In this document: positions 1-8,796 of the stretch, one piece after another
Layout: each line of letters opens with the position of its first letter
Numbering within the stretch: position 1 is the first letter of the stretch
Assembly (NCBI GenBank): GCA_964503955.1
Contig: CAZDCG010000002.1
Coordinates: 141,047-205,046, forward strand
DNA from: an uncultured Gammaproteobacteria bacterium
Lineage (GTDB): Bacteria; Patescibacteriota; Patescibacteriia; VMEV01; CAYQCH01
Reading direction: 5' to 3'
DNA: 64,000 nt
Notes under the pieces: model-generated
What the model was told of the DNA's origin: nothing
The model's input: the letters and a program-made list of their open reading frames with translations, nothing else
Databases searched by the model: none
Translations under genes and position numbers: made by a program

Positions 1-3000
1 AAAATGGCAATCCGATTGAAACCCCGGAAGAAATGTTTTACCGCATCGCCAATTTCATGGCGCAAGGAGATAAGAAATTCAATCCCAAAGCGGATGTTAC
101 CGATCTCACCGACAAGTTCTATCAGATGCTCGCCAAGCTTGAATTCGTGCCCGGCGGCCGCGCATTCTTTGAAGCTGGCAATGACCATACCGGACAGATG
201 GCGTCCTGCTTTGTTTTGCCGATTGAAGACAGCCTGGAAGCGATTTTTCAGACCATGAAAGACGCGGCGATCACGCAGCAGAATAATGGCGGAACAGGAT
301 TTAACTTTTCAAAAATCCGTCCAAAAGGAGACAGTGTCAAAGGCGTTCCAGGCGTAGCCGCGGGACCGGTGCATTACTTGCGCAGCTTTGACCAGGCATT
401 CAGCCAATTGCTGCAGGGAGGAAAGCGCCATGGCGGAAACATGGGCGTGCTCAATATTGATCATCCCGACATTGAGGAATTCATCAAGCTGAAGGATTCT
501 GGATCCGGCATCAAGAATTTCAATATCTCCGTTGGCGTAACCGCCAAGTTTATGGAAGCGGTGCGCGCAGACGCGAGCTGGGATCTGATCAATCCCCGCA
601 ATGGCGAAGCCGTGAAAACCGTGCAGGCGCGCTATCTCTTTGACATGATTACCCAGCGCGCCTGGGAATGCGCTGACCCCGGCATGATTTTCCTCGACCA
701 GGTTGCGGCGGGAAATAACAATGCCCATCTGTATGAAATGGTCGCGACCAATCCATGCGGAGAACAGCCGCTTGGCCCGTATGAATCCTGCAATCTTGGT
801 TCGGTTGTGCTTTCAAACCACGTCACACCGGCCGGGGAAGTAGACTGGCCAAAACTAACCCGCACCGCCAAGCTCGCCACACGTTTCATGGACAATATGA
901 TCGAGCTGAACAAATATCCGATTCCGGCGATCGACTATATGGTGCGCCAGACCCGCAAAATCGGCATCGGCGTGATGGGATTTGCCCAGATGCTCTATAA
1001 GCTTGGCATTGGCTATAACTCGGAAGAAGCCGTCAAGCTCATGGAAAAGATCATGAAGCATATCCATACGTCCGTGGAAGAAGAAAGTTCGAAGCTGGCT
1101 GAAGAGCGCGGCGTGTATCCAGCCTGGCAGGGAAGCCGCTGGGAACAGAAAGGCATTCAAATCCGCAACAGCCATTTAACAAGCATCGCGCCGACCGGAA
1201 CCATCTCCATGCTTGCCAATACCTCTTCCGGCATTGAACCCTATTTCAACCTTGTCACCATCCGCCGTTCGTTCTTTAACCAGAGCGGAGACAATTCTGC
1301 TGCCAAAGCGCAGGTGCTTCGCATTGTGGCTGAAGACTTTGAAAAAGTCGCGCGCGAACGTGGATTCTATTCAGACGAACTCATGGACCGCATCGCTGAA
1401 GAAGGAACGCTCCAGGGTTTTGATGAAATCCCGGAAGACGTAAAACGCGTCTTTGTAACCACGCATGATGTTGATTATCAATGGCATGTAAAGATCCAGG
1501 CTGCCGCGCAGAAATGGACCGACGCGGCCGTGTCTAAGACCGTGAATTTGCCGCATAATGCCAAAATCGAAGATGTTCGCAACGCATATATCCTGGCGTA
1601 TGAAACCGGCTGCAAAGGAATCACCATTTACCGTGACGGCTCAAAATCAGGCCAGGTATTAAACCTCGCCGAGAAAAAGGAAGCGAAAAAACCGGAAGCG
1701 GCTCAGCCAAGCCCTGCCGTGCAGATGCCTGTTATTCCCGAACCTGTTTCAGCGCCGGTTGCCGCTTCAGCTCCGCTCATCAAAGGCAGCGACTTAAACT
1801 CAGAAGCGTTTATTACCGACAATGCGTTGACAGTTCTTGAAAAGCGCGCGCTTCGTAAAGACGAACAGGGGAATGTGGTTGAAACCCCAGAAGACCTCTT
1901 CCGCCGCGTGGCAAAATTCGTGGCTGGTCCTGAGGCAGAATACGACGTGCCGGCTCCTCGCATTGCTGAAATCGAAGAACAGTTCTACCAGATGCTTTCC
2001 CGGCTTGAATTCATTGCCGGCCAGCCCTTGCGCAATTCCGACACGAACCTGACCATGTCCGCTTGTCTTGTTCTGCCGATTGAAGATCATATTGAAGGCA
2101 TCATGCAGACGATTTCTGAAAATGTCTTCGCGCATAAGTCAACCTGCGGAACCGGCATCAACTACTCAAAACTCCGCATGAAAGGCAGTGCGGTTGGAGC
2201 CGTCGGGCCGATTGCGGCGGGGCCTGTTCACTTCATGAAAGCGGTTTCCGTAGCGCAGAAGACGATTCAGACCAAGGGCGGACGCAGCCAGGGCAGCATG
2301 GGTATTCTCAATGTGGATCATCCTGACATCGAAGAATTCATCCGCGCCAAAGACAAAGAAGGGGAATTCGACAATATGAATATCTCCGTTGGCGCGACCG
2401 ACGCCTTCATGCGCGCGCTGCAGAATGACCAGGAATACGACATGGTTGATCCGGGTACCGGAAACGTGGCACGCCGCGTGCGCGCGAGAGAGATTTTCGA
2501 CCAGATCGCTGAGCATGCCTGGGTGAGCGGAGATCCGGGATTGATTTTCGTCGACCGCCTTGAAGCAGACAACCCGACGCCGCAGCTTGGCGTGCTGAAC
2601 GCGACCAATCCTTGCGGAGAACAGCCGCTCCTGCCGTATGAAACCTGCAATCTTGGTTCAATCGTGCTTTCCCGTATGGTCAAAGCCGACGCGCAGGGAA
2701 ATCCTGTTATCGACTGGGATCGCTTGGCGCATGTCGTCTACTACAGCGTGCGGTTCCTCGACAACACCATTGACGTAAACAATTTCCCATTGGCCAAAGT
2801 GGAACAGATGTCAAAAGGCACCCGCCGCATTGGACTTGGCGTAATGGGCTTTGCCGATCTGCTCATCAAGCTTGGCGTGCCGTATAACTCGTCTAAAGCC
2901 GTGGAATTGGCTGAAGACCTGATGAAGTTCATTAATGAAAAAGCGCATCAGGCAAGCGAACAGCTTGGAGAGGAAAAAGGATCGTTCCCGTACTTCGATA

Positions 3001-4343
3001 TTTCCGTCTGGCCTGAAAAGGGCGTGAAAGCGCGCCGCAATTCAGCTGTAACTACCATCGCGCCAACGGGGTATACCAGCATTGTGGCCAACTGTTCATC
3101 AGGCATTGAACCGATTTACGCGCTGGCATTCCGCCGCGAGAATTCCATGGGCGGAACCGACCAGTTCGAAACCAATTTCCTCTTCGAGAAAGTGGCGCGC
3201 GAACGCGGATTCTACACGCCTGAAATCATGGAACAGGTGGTTGAGCATGGCACGATCAAAGATATCGCCGGCATCCCGCAAGACGTCAAAGATATCTTTG
3301 TAACGGCCTTTGACACGACTCCTGAATGGCATATCCGTATCCAGGCGGCCTTCCAGAAATATACCGACAATGCCGTCTCCAAAACCATCAATTTCCCGAA
3401 TAACGCGACTGTTGAAGATATCCGCCGCGCGTATATTCTCGCTTATGAACTTGGCTGCAAGGGCGTAACCATTTTCCGCGACGGCAGCCGTGAAGAACAG
3501 GCTTTGCGTCTTGGAAAGAAAGATAAGGAAACACCTGCCGCGGAAATCAGTATCAGCGAAGAGCGCGTGGCCATCACCGAGCCGACCACTATTCATGAAG
3601 CGCGCCAGATTCTTTCCCGCGTGATTGAAAAACGCCCTCGTCCAACCGTTGTCGCCGGCAAAACCTACAAGAAGAAAACCGGCTACGGCGATATGTACGT
3701 GACCGTGAATGACGATATTGAAGGGCATCCATTCGAAGTCTTTGCCACCATCGGCAAAACCGGCGGCGTGTACGCGGCGAAATCTGAATCCATCTGCCGG
3801 CTTGTTTCTCTTGCCTTGCGTTCAGGCATTAAAGTGGAAGACGTGATCCAGCAGCTGCAGGGAATCCGCGGGCCGATGCCGATCTGGGATAATGGCGTGC
3901 AGGTATTCTCTATTGCGGACGCGATCGCGCAGGTCTTGCGCCAGCATGTGCAGGACGGCCAGGCGCAAATGAAGCTGTTTGAAGAGAAAAAAGAACCTGT
4001 CCAGAAAATCAATGTCACTGCTGAAGCAAAACCGCAGACGGAAGCAACTGAAGTTGAAGCCAAGCAGCCAAAGCAGACCTTGATGAACGCGGCAACAAAG
4101 GTGGATGAAAAACCGCGAGAAACCGTGACGGTCAGTATCGCGCAGGTGAAGGAAACCGTAACCGATGTTGTCTCTGCCACAACCAGCGCGCCAACACCGT
4201 CCGCGCAGACAAAGTCCGCAGCTCCAACGCAGAAGTATCAGGAAATGGGGATCTCTACACAATGTCCAGATTGCGGATATGGACTGGAGTTCTCTGAAGG
4301 GTGTCTGCTCTGTCGAGGGTGTGGGTACAGTAAATGTGGGTAG
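1..4343 (+). CDS. nrdJ: Adenosylcobalamin-dependent (class II) ribonucleotide reductase, 5'-partial. It is a fused tandem duplication of two complete NrdJ-like modules plus a Lys/Glu-rich tail and a C-terminal Cys4 zinc ribbon.
   Basis: The N-terminal motif of module 2 (ALTVLEKRALRKDEQGNVVETPEDLFRRVAKFVA) reappears at the window start in frame 3 as NGNPIETPEEMFYRIANFMA, so the gene begins just upstream of the window. Both modules carry the thiyl-radical loop NPCGEQPL and the redox pair (SCNLGS / TCNLGS), PIEDS/PIEDH, and a GPVHY/GPVHF segment. The C-terminal tail is CPDCGYGLEFSEGCLLCRGCGYSKCG. Stop is TAG at 4341-4343. Confidence 0.85.
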   Translation, partial: NGNPIETPEEMFYRIANFMAQGDKKFNPKADVTDLTDKFYQMLAKLEFVPGGRAFFEAGNDHTGQMASCFVLPIEDSLEAIFQTMKDAAITQQNNGGTGFNFSKIRPKGDSVKGVPGVAAGPVHYLRSFDQAFSQLLQGGKRHGGNMGVLNIDHPDIEEFIKLKDSGSGIKNFNISVGVTAKFMEAVRADASWDLINPRNGEAVKTVQARYLFDMITQRAWECADPGMIFLDQVAAGNNNAHLYEMVATNPCGEQPLGPYESCNLGSVVLSNHVTPAGEVDWPKLTRTAKLATRFMDNMIELNKYPIPAIDYMVRQTRKIGIGVMGFAQMLYKLGIGYNSEEAVKLMEKIMKHIHTSVEEESSKLAEERGVYPAWQGSRWEQKGIQIRNSHLTSIAPTGTISMLANTSSGIEPYFNLVTIRRSFFNQSGDNSAAKAQVLRIVAEDFEKVARERGFYSDELMDRIAEEGTLQGFDEIPEDVKRVFVTTHDVDYQWHVKIQAAAQKWTDAAVSKTVNLPHNAKIEDVRNAYILAYETGCKGITIYRDGSKSGQVLNLAEKKEAKKPEAAQPSPAVQMPVIPEPVSAPVAASAPLIKGSDLNSEAFITDNALTVLEKRALRKDEQGNVVETPEDLFRRVAKFVAGPEAEYDVPAPRIAEIEEQFYQMLSRLEFIAGQPLRNSDTNLTMSACLVLPIEDHIEGIMQTISENVFAHKSTCGTGINYSKLRMKGSAVGAVGPIAAGPVHFMKAVSVAQKTIQTKGGRSQGSMGILNVDHPDIEEFIRAKDKEGEFDNMNISVGATDAFMRALQNDQEYDMVDPGTGNVARRVRAREIFDQIAEHAWVSGDPGLIFVDRLEADNPTPQLGVLNATNPCGEQPLLPYETCNLGSIVLSRMVKADAQGNPVIDWDRLAHVVYYSVRFLDNTIDVNNFPLAKVEQMSKGTRRIGLGVMGFADLLIKLGVPYNSSKAVELAEDLMKFINEKAHQASEQLGEEKGSFPYFDISVWPEKGVKARRNSAVTTIAPTGYTSIVANCSSGIEPIYALAFRRENSMGGTDQFETNFLFEKVARERGFYTPEIMEQVVEHGTIKDIAGIPQDVKDIFVTAFDTTPEWHIRIQAAFQKYTDNAVSKTINFPNNATVEDIRRAYILAYELGCKGVTIFRDGSREEQALRLGKKDKETPAAEISISEERVAITEPTTIHEARQILSRVIEKRPRPTVVAGKTYKKKTGYGDMYVTVNDDIEGHPFEVFATIGKTGGVYAAKSESICRLVSLALRSGIKVEDVIQQLQGIRGPMPIWDNGVQVFSIADAIAQVLRQHVQDGQAQMKLFEEKKEPVQKINVTAEAKPQTEATEVEAKQPKQTLMNAATKVDEKPRETVTVSIAQVKETVTDVVSATTSAPTPSAQTKSAAPTQKYQEMGISTQCPDCGYGLEFSEGCLLCRGCGYSKCG

Positions 4344-4353
4344 GGAATAAAAT

Positions 4354-4380
4354 AGAGAGGCCGAAAGGCCTCTCTTGTCA
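4354..4380 (+). terminator. Intrinsic terminator-like hairpin downstream of nrdJ
   Basis: Perfect 9-bp stem agagaggcc-gaaa-ggcctctct immediately after the nrdJ stop. The following U-tract is weak (tgtcaaaa). Confidence 0.55.
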
Positions 4381-4384
4381 AAAT

Positions 4385-5023
4385 ATGTTTAGAAAGCTCA
4401 AAAGGTATGAACTCCCTAGACGATCAATGACCCAGATACAGGGAATGACACGAATCCTCTTTGTTGATGACAAAAGCTTTAGAGTCGTGAATATACTTCA
4501 AAAACAGGGGTGGAGGCATGTAGATAAAGTAAACGATGTAGATAACTTATCAGACGATTTAGTTGTAAACGCTCATATACTTTTCGTCGATATCATGGGG
4601 GTAGGTAAAAGCTTGATGTTTAGGGATGAAGGGCTAGGATTGATTAGAGCTTTGAAAGAAAAATACCCTGAAAAGCGAGTAATTATTTATTCGGCGAATC
4701 CTAACAATAACATTTTTAATGGAGCTATTGATTTAGCCGATGCGCGACTTGATAAAAATGCGGAACCCATTGAATTTATCAACCGAGTTGAACAGTTTGC
4801 CCAGGAGGCGTTTTCTTTCAAGGAATTTTTAGTGCGAATTAAAAGAATCATGTCGGAATATGGCATTGATAAAGAAATGTCTGAGATGGAGAAGGAAATA
4901 GCTCGGATTTGTGCTGATGGCAAAGTGAATGACTCACTGATCCGAAAGTATCTCAAGCCATCTTCTGAGGTGGTATTTTTGCTGCTAAAAGCCTCATTGG
5001 TGGTATTCAATGAAGGAGGTTAA
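4385..5023 (+). CDS. Response-regulator receiver (REC) domain protein with an uncharacterised ~80-aa C-terminal extension. Start codon is uncertain (4385, 4427 or 4445).
   Basis: REC hallmarks are present: TRILFVDD (acidic pair), HILFVDIMG (phospho-acceptor Asp), VIIYSANP (conserved S/T), DARLDKNAEP (Lys). The gene lies in the AT-rich island. Its TAA stop at 5021-5023 is 1 nt before the next gene's ATG. Confidence 0.7.
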   Translation: MFRKLKRYELPRRSMTQIQGMTRILFVDDKSFRVVNILQKQGWRHVDKVNDVDNLSDDLVVNAHILFVDIMGVGKSLMFRDEGLGLIRALKEKYPEKRVIIYSANPNNNIFNGAIDLADARLDKNAEPIEFINRVEQFAQEAFSFKEFLVRIKRIMSEYGIDKEMSEMEKEIARICADGKVNDSLIRKYLKPSSEVVFLLLKASLVVFNEGG

Positions 5024-5024
5024 T

Positions 5025-6035
5025 ATGGGAGATCTACTATTCGTCTGGAACGAAAACGATGAATTGCTGTTCACAAATCAGTCAAGCAGGAATATTTCAA
5101 AAGAACAGGTTTTATCAGGGTGCACTTATCATAGGGATTGCAGAAAATACCAGGAGCGTTCCTCAAAATTTTTGATTTACTTTTGCTCCGACGAAGCTCG
5201 AAAATCCCGTCAATTTTTCTTGAATAAGGTCAATGCGTATCAAGCTGCATTTAAAGAGTTGGAGGAAGTAATTGAAAAAGCTAAAGCTCACGCGCTTGAA
5301 AGCTTTGATTCCCTGAGACATGATTTAAAAACATACAACGGAGTTGCAATTCAAAATTTTTTTGAGTTTATGGGGATAGAAAAGTTGGCTCAAGGGACGG
5401 GCCAACAATTAGAGTTTATAGAACAAAAAATAAAACAGGAACCGAAGAGGGCATCAGAAGTTTTCTTGACGATGTTGAAAGATCAGTTGTTGATGAAAGC
5501 AGAGTTAAATGCGTTCGAAATTCTGCATGAACGAAAAGGGCTTCAAAAAAGTTTTCACGATGTTCATAAATTGCTTTATCAAGGTTTCAATATTTTCAGT
5601 TTGGATTTTCAATCTCGATCGGTCTCTTATGGTTTTTCTGATTATCGGGGTAAAGCTTATATAGACTATCCCTCTGTAAGTGCAGCCATCACCAAAATCG
5701 TAGATAATGTGGTAAAGTTTTCATTGCCAGGTAGCCATGTGAATATTAAATTCAATGAAGATCAGGAGACTGTTCGTGTGGATATAGAAATGACTAGTCT
5801 TTGCGTAAAAGATAAAGAAAGGCTTCTAGTTTTCACAAAAGGATATTCCGGCGAATGTGCTGTGAGATCCTTATTAGCTGGGGATGGTTTAGGTATGTAT
5901 TTAGCAAAGAATTTTTTGATGCTAAACTCGGGAAATCTTCATTTTTATCCTCGCACAGATTCAAAAATTAGAGAGAAATATGACAACCAGTATTATGAGA
6001 AGAATCTTGTTCAAGTAGTGTTGCCCAAAAAATAA
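5025..6035 (+). CDS. Cytoplasmic histidine-kinase-like protein (DHp H-box plus GHKL/HATPase_c domain), with no TM segment and an ~85-aa N-terminal region of unknown function
   Basis: Strong RBS gaaggagg, then 5 nt, then ATG at 5025. H-box DSLRHDLKTY matches the HisKA H-E-L-R-T-P pattern. N-box ITKIVDNVVKFS and G2-box AGDGLGMYLAKNF are present. The G1 box is degenerate. The gene is AT-rich like its neighbour. Confidence 0.7.
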   Translation: MGDLLFVWNENDELLFTNQSSRNISKEQVLSGCTYHRDCRKYQERSSKFLIYFCSDEARKSRQFFLNKVNAYQAAFKELEEVIEKAKAHALESFDSLRHDLKTYNGVAIQNFFEFMGIEKLAQGTGQQLEFIEQKIKQEPKRASEVFLTMLKDQLLMKAELNAFEILHERKGLQKSFHDVHKLLYQGFNIFSLDFQSRSVSYGFSDYRGKAYIDYPSVSAAITKIVDNVVKFSLPGSHVNIKFNEDQETVRVDIEMTSLCVKDKERLLVFTKGYSGECAVRSLLAGDGLGMYLAKNFLMLNSGNLHFYPRTDSKIREKYDNQYYEKNLVQVVLPKK

Positions 6036-6200
6036 GAACTTTTGTGCATGGGGTCCTGTGTAGTAAAGTGAGCTCCCTTAATCCCCTTTCTAATCTAGGT
6101 GGGTAAGGTATGAAAACCAAAGCCCCATTTTCCTAACCACACCCCTATGCCATTCGAACGAATACCAAATAACGAACAGCCAAAACCTCTGAAGGAGCGG

Positions 6201-6824
6201 ATGAGCAGGGGGGAGCTGTCCAAAGAGGAAAAAGAAAGACTCGTGCCCGTGCTTGAGCGCGCGGCGCGGTACGGTTTGCCGCTGCAGCTTCATTCTCCAG
6301 ATCCCAGGCAATTGCCGCGGCTTGATGACGTGGTTGAATGGATGAATAAAACCATCGAAATGCTCGAAAATGATTTGAAACGGGATCATCGCAAACGATT
6401 GCTGGAAAATATGAGCAGGGAGGAACAGGAGCGGCTGCTGGTGCTGTATCAGACCCCGGAGGACGAGCTTGCAAAAATCGGTCTGACAAAAGAAGAAGTC
6501 GACCATATGCTGCCTGAACTCGATCCAAGCAGTCTTGATGAAGCTGAGCTTGAAGATCTGATGACACGCAATGATCATGAGCGCGCAAGGCTTTTGCTGA
6601 AAACCGGCATGATTGATCCTTTCGATACATCGCCTTTGCCTAAACCCGAACAAAAAGACGAATATCTGGCGAAAATTTTTGAATTGGAACAAAAGTTTAC
6701 GGAAGATCGGCACGCGTTTAGCCAGGCGCTGCGTTTGCAAAACGAGCGCGGCCGCTGGTTTGGCCTTGGTCATGAAATGGGCAAGGAGTATTTAGAGCGA
6801 GTGAAAAAAGAGCTTGGAGAGTAG
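6201..6824 (+). CDS. Hypothetical charged (E/K/R/L-rich) protein. The start was chosen at the ATG that follows the RBS ctgaaggagcgg; the ORF extends upstream to 6147.
   Basis: Long ORF with a plausible RBS. No recognisable domain. The antisense ORF 6090..6773 has an implausible composition. Confidence 0.5.
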   Translation: MSRGELSKEEKERLVPVLERAARYGLPLQLHSPDPRQLPRLDDVVEWMNKTIEMLENDLKRDHRKRLLENMSREEQERLLVLYQTPEDELAKIGLTKEEVDHMLPELDPSSLDEAELEDLMTRNDHERARLLLKTGMIDPFDTSPLPKPEQKDEYLAKIFELEQKFTEDRHAFSQALRLQNERGRWFGLGHEMGKEYLERVKKELGE

Positions 6825-6905
6825 GTTTTCTTCGAGGTGAGCTCCTGGATTTTTCCCTGCAGACATACTAAGAATGCTTCGCCATGAACTCGGTAGGAGG
6901 AAACA

Positions 6906-7379
6906 ATGAATAATTTGCAGGATGCCGAAAAGTTCGCGGCACACCTTCGCAAAAAGACCGAAAATCCGGTGCTGGTGGTCAACTACTCGCCGGATATCCC
7001 TCAGCCGGAACATTCCAAGGGGAGAATCCGGTGCCTCGCGTCCACGGGGGAGATCCGCGACTTGAGCGGGTGGACGCTTGAGGTCGTTGAGCTGCATTTG
7101 GTGCGTCTGAAGGACGACTTCACCTATGCGGGGGCTCGACGGCAGATCGAAGCGCTCGATCTGCAGCCTTGCCGCCTTGAGGAATTGATCGCCTTGCGCG
7201 ATCAGTACGCCATGTATCGCAGCGGGCTTTACATCGCCCTTGAGGATGTCTGGTCTTCTGCTGAAGAGAGTTCTTTTGACGAGATCCCCGTCTTGCGGGA
7301 CGGGATGATCGAGTTCAAGACCTTGCACCCCGAGTCCCACTGGACTCCGGTCGCGCTCTTTGGCGCCGTTTGCAGGTGA
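6906..7379 (+). CDS. Hypothetical protein
   Basis: Strong RBS ggtaggaggaaacaATG. No recognisable domain. Confidence 0.55.
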   Translation: MNNLQDAEKFAAHLRKKTENPVLVVNYSPDIPQPEHSKGRIRCLASTGEIRDLSGWTLEVVELHLVRLKDDFTYAGARRQIEALDLQPCRLEELIALRDQYAMYRSGLYIALEDVWSSAEESSFDEIPVLRDGMIEFKTLHPESHWTPVALFGAVCR

Positions 7380-7397
7380 GACAATCCTGCAGATAGA

Positions 7398-7435
7398 GAG
7401 CCCCGGCTGATTCGATCGGCCGGGGTTCCAGACTT
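7398..7435 (+). terminator. Terminator-like hairpin after the 6906..7379 gene
   Basis: ccccggc-tgattcgatcg-gccgggg stem followed by ttcc...ttttg. Confidence 0.4.
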
Positions 7436-7611
7436 TTGAACTAGCTCTGTATTTGATATAATGTGTTTAGAAATCGAAGAACCACACGCCGCGAAGCTGT
7501 GGTTTTTTGTTTAACAATCTTTTTGGTATTAGATACCATCCCCGGCCCCTCCTGCCCGCCTACGGCGGATAAACCGGTAGGCAGACCCTCGGAGGAAAAG
7601 GGGAGTCTTTT

Positions 7612-7678
7612 CATCGTCATCCCCGCGGATTTGTTCGTCCGCCCGCCCAAGGCGTTAAGAGCTTAGCCAGCGGGGATC
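7612..7678. repeat. Palindromic repeat element B, copy 1 (catcgtcatccccgc...gccagcggggatc)
   Basis: A near-identical unit recurs at 8933..8997. Stem gatccccgc/gcggggatc. It is related to the cgtcattcccgcg units at 56420..56560. Confidence 0.6.
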
Positions 7679-7688
7679 TCAACGTTCT

Positions 7689-7979
7689 ATGCATCACCGC
7701 CGTTTTTATGTCTACATCATGACCAATAAGCCGCAAGGAGTTTTGTATATCGGAGTCACAAACGATATCGCGCGGCGGGTTTGGGAGCATCAACAAAAAA
7801 TCCACGATGGATTCACAGCCAGATATAATCTGGATAAGCTGGTGTATTGTGAAGAGATTCCATCTATTGAGGGGGCCATCATGAGAGAAAAGAGGCTGAA
7901 GAGATGGAATCGGGATTGGAAGATCAGCCTGATTGAAGATGTTAATCCAGAGTGGAAGGATCTGTCGAAGGAGTTTTAG
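7689..7979 (+). CDS. GIY-YIG nuclease family protein (small stand-alone URI-domain protein)
   Basis: FYVYIMTNKPQGVLYIGVTNDIARRVWEHQ is the canonical GIY...YIG...R...E core. 96 aa. Flanked by repeat B (upstream) and repeat A (downstream). Confidence 0.8.
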   Translation: MHHRRFYVYIMTNKPQGVLYIGVTNDIARRVWEHQQKIHDGFTARYNLDKLVYCEEIPSIEGAIMREKRLKRWNRDWKISLIEDVNPEWKDLSKEF

Positions 7980-8056
7980 ATTAAGGACTCTCAGACCCCC
8001 GCTGGCCACGCGTTTGCCCTGCTCTGCAAGAAACGGTTCTATTCGCGGGGGTGACG
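7980..8056. repeat. Repeat element A, copy 1 (ttaagga...ctgcaagaaacggttctattcgcgggggtgacg). It starts at the stop codon of the GIY-YIG gene.
   Basis: Second copy at 8793..8866, starting at the cobO stop codon: ttaaggatgagactcccgc...tgcgcaagaaaaggtttatccgcgggggtgacg. The core gcgggggtgacg is roughly the reverse complement of the B core cgtcatccccgc. Confidence 0.6.
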
Positions 8057-8226
8057 AGAGGAAGAAGTATCCTACCCCTCCTCGTAGGAGGGGCAAGGGG
8101 TGGTATCTGGCAGTATGAATCTCTCGACAAGGGGGATGGAATGAGGAACTTTTTTCGTTGTGCGACAAGAAGTGGTACGCAGAGGGGCAAAACGCTATAA
8201 TAAGTCCTCAACATCCAGATAATTCT

Positions 8227-8796
8227 ATGTCCAAAAAAACGATCAACTACGGAGACGGAGCTGAAGCCTGGGGAAAGGTCCAGCTGTATACCGGCAAAGG
8301 GAAAGGGAAGACCACGGCGGCGCTTGGAACAGCTTTGCGCGCGCATGCAAACGGGAAAAAAGTGGCTTTTGTGTATTTTGACAAAGGAGGAACGCATTAT
8401 AGCGAGGCAAAGATTCTTGATGATCTTGGCATCGAGTATTATCGAACCGGTCTTGATCGCATCAATCCTGAAACAGGGCAATTTCGATTCGGTGTAACCG
8501 AAGAAGACAAAGCCGAAGGCAAGAGAGGACTCGACAAAGTCCGCGAGCTCATGGAGCGCGGCGATCTTGATGTGCTTGTTTGCGATGAAATCAATATCAG
8601 CGCGAGCCTTGGCATTATCAGCGAAGAGGACGTGCTTGAGCTGCTCAAGTTGAAAAAGCCCAAACTTGAATTGATCCTTACCGGACGCGACGCGCCGGCT
8701 TCGTTGGAAGAGGCGGCAGACCTCGTGACGGAAATGGCTCTGAAGAAGCATTATTTTTATAAGGGGGATCCCGCACGAGAAGGTTTGGACTATTAA
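8227..8796 (+). CDS. cobO: Cob(I)yrinic acid a,c-diamide / cob(I)alamin adenosyltransferase (CobA/CobO/BtuR family)
   Basis: WGKVQLYTGKGKGKTTAALGTALRAHANGKKVAFVYFDKGG is the P-loop and family signature. Start taken at MSKKT; the ORF extends to 8158. Confidence 0.85.
   Translation: MSKKTINYGDGAEAWGKVQLYTGKGKGKTTAALGTALRAHANGKKVAFVYFDKGGTHYSEAKILDDLGIEYYRTGLDRINPETGQFRFGVTEEDKAEGKRGLDKVRELMERGDLDVLVCDEINISASLGIISEEDVLELLKLKKPKLELILTGRDAPASLEEAADLVTEMALKKHYFYKGDPAREGLDY

Noticed and set aside
309-4262. Numerous minus-strand ORFs of 60-210 aa inside nrdJ (e.g. 309..728, 3099..3728, 3822..4262)
   Set aside because: They lie entirely antisense within a long, well-supported coding region with clear homology. 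Their composition is typical of high-GC antisense artefacts.
6090-6773. Minus-strand 227-aa ORF opposite the 6201..6824 gene
   Set aside because: No RBS and Phe/Arg/Gln-rich low-complexity composition. The + strand frame has an RBS and a more protein-like sequence, but confidence in either is only moderate.
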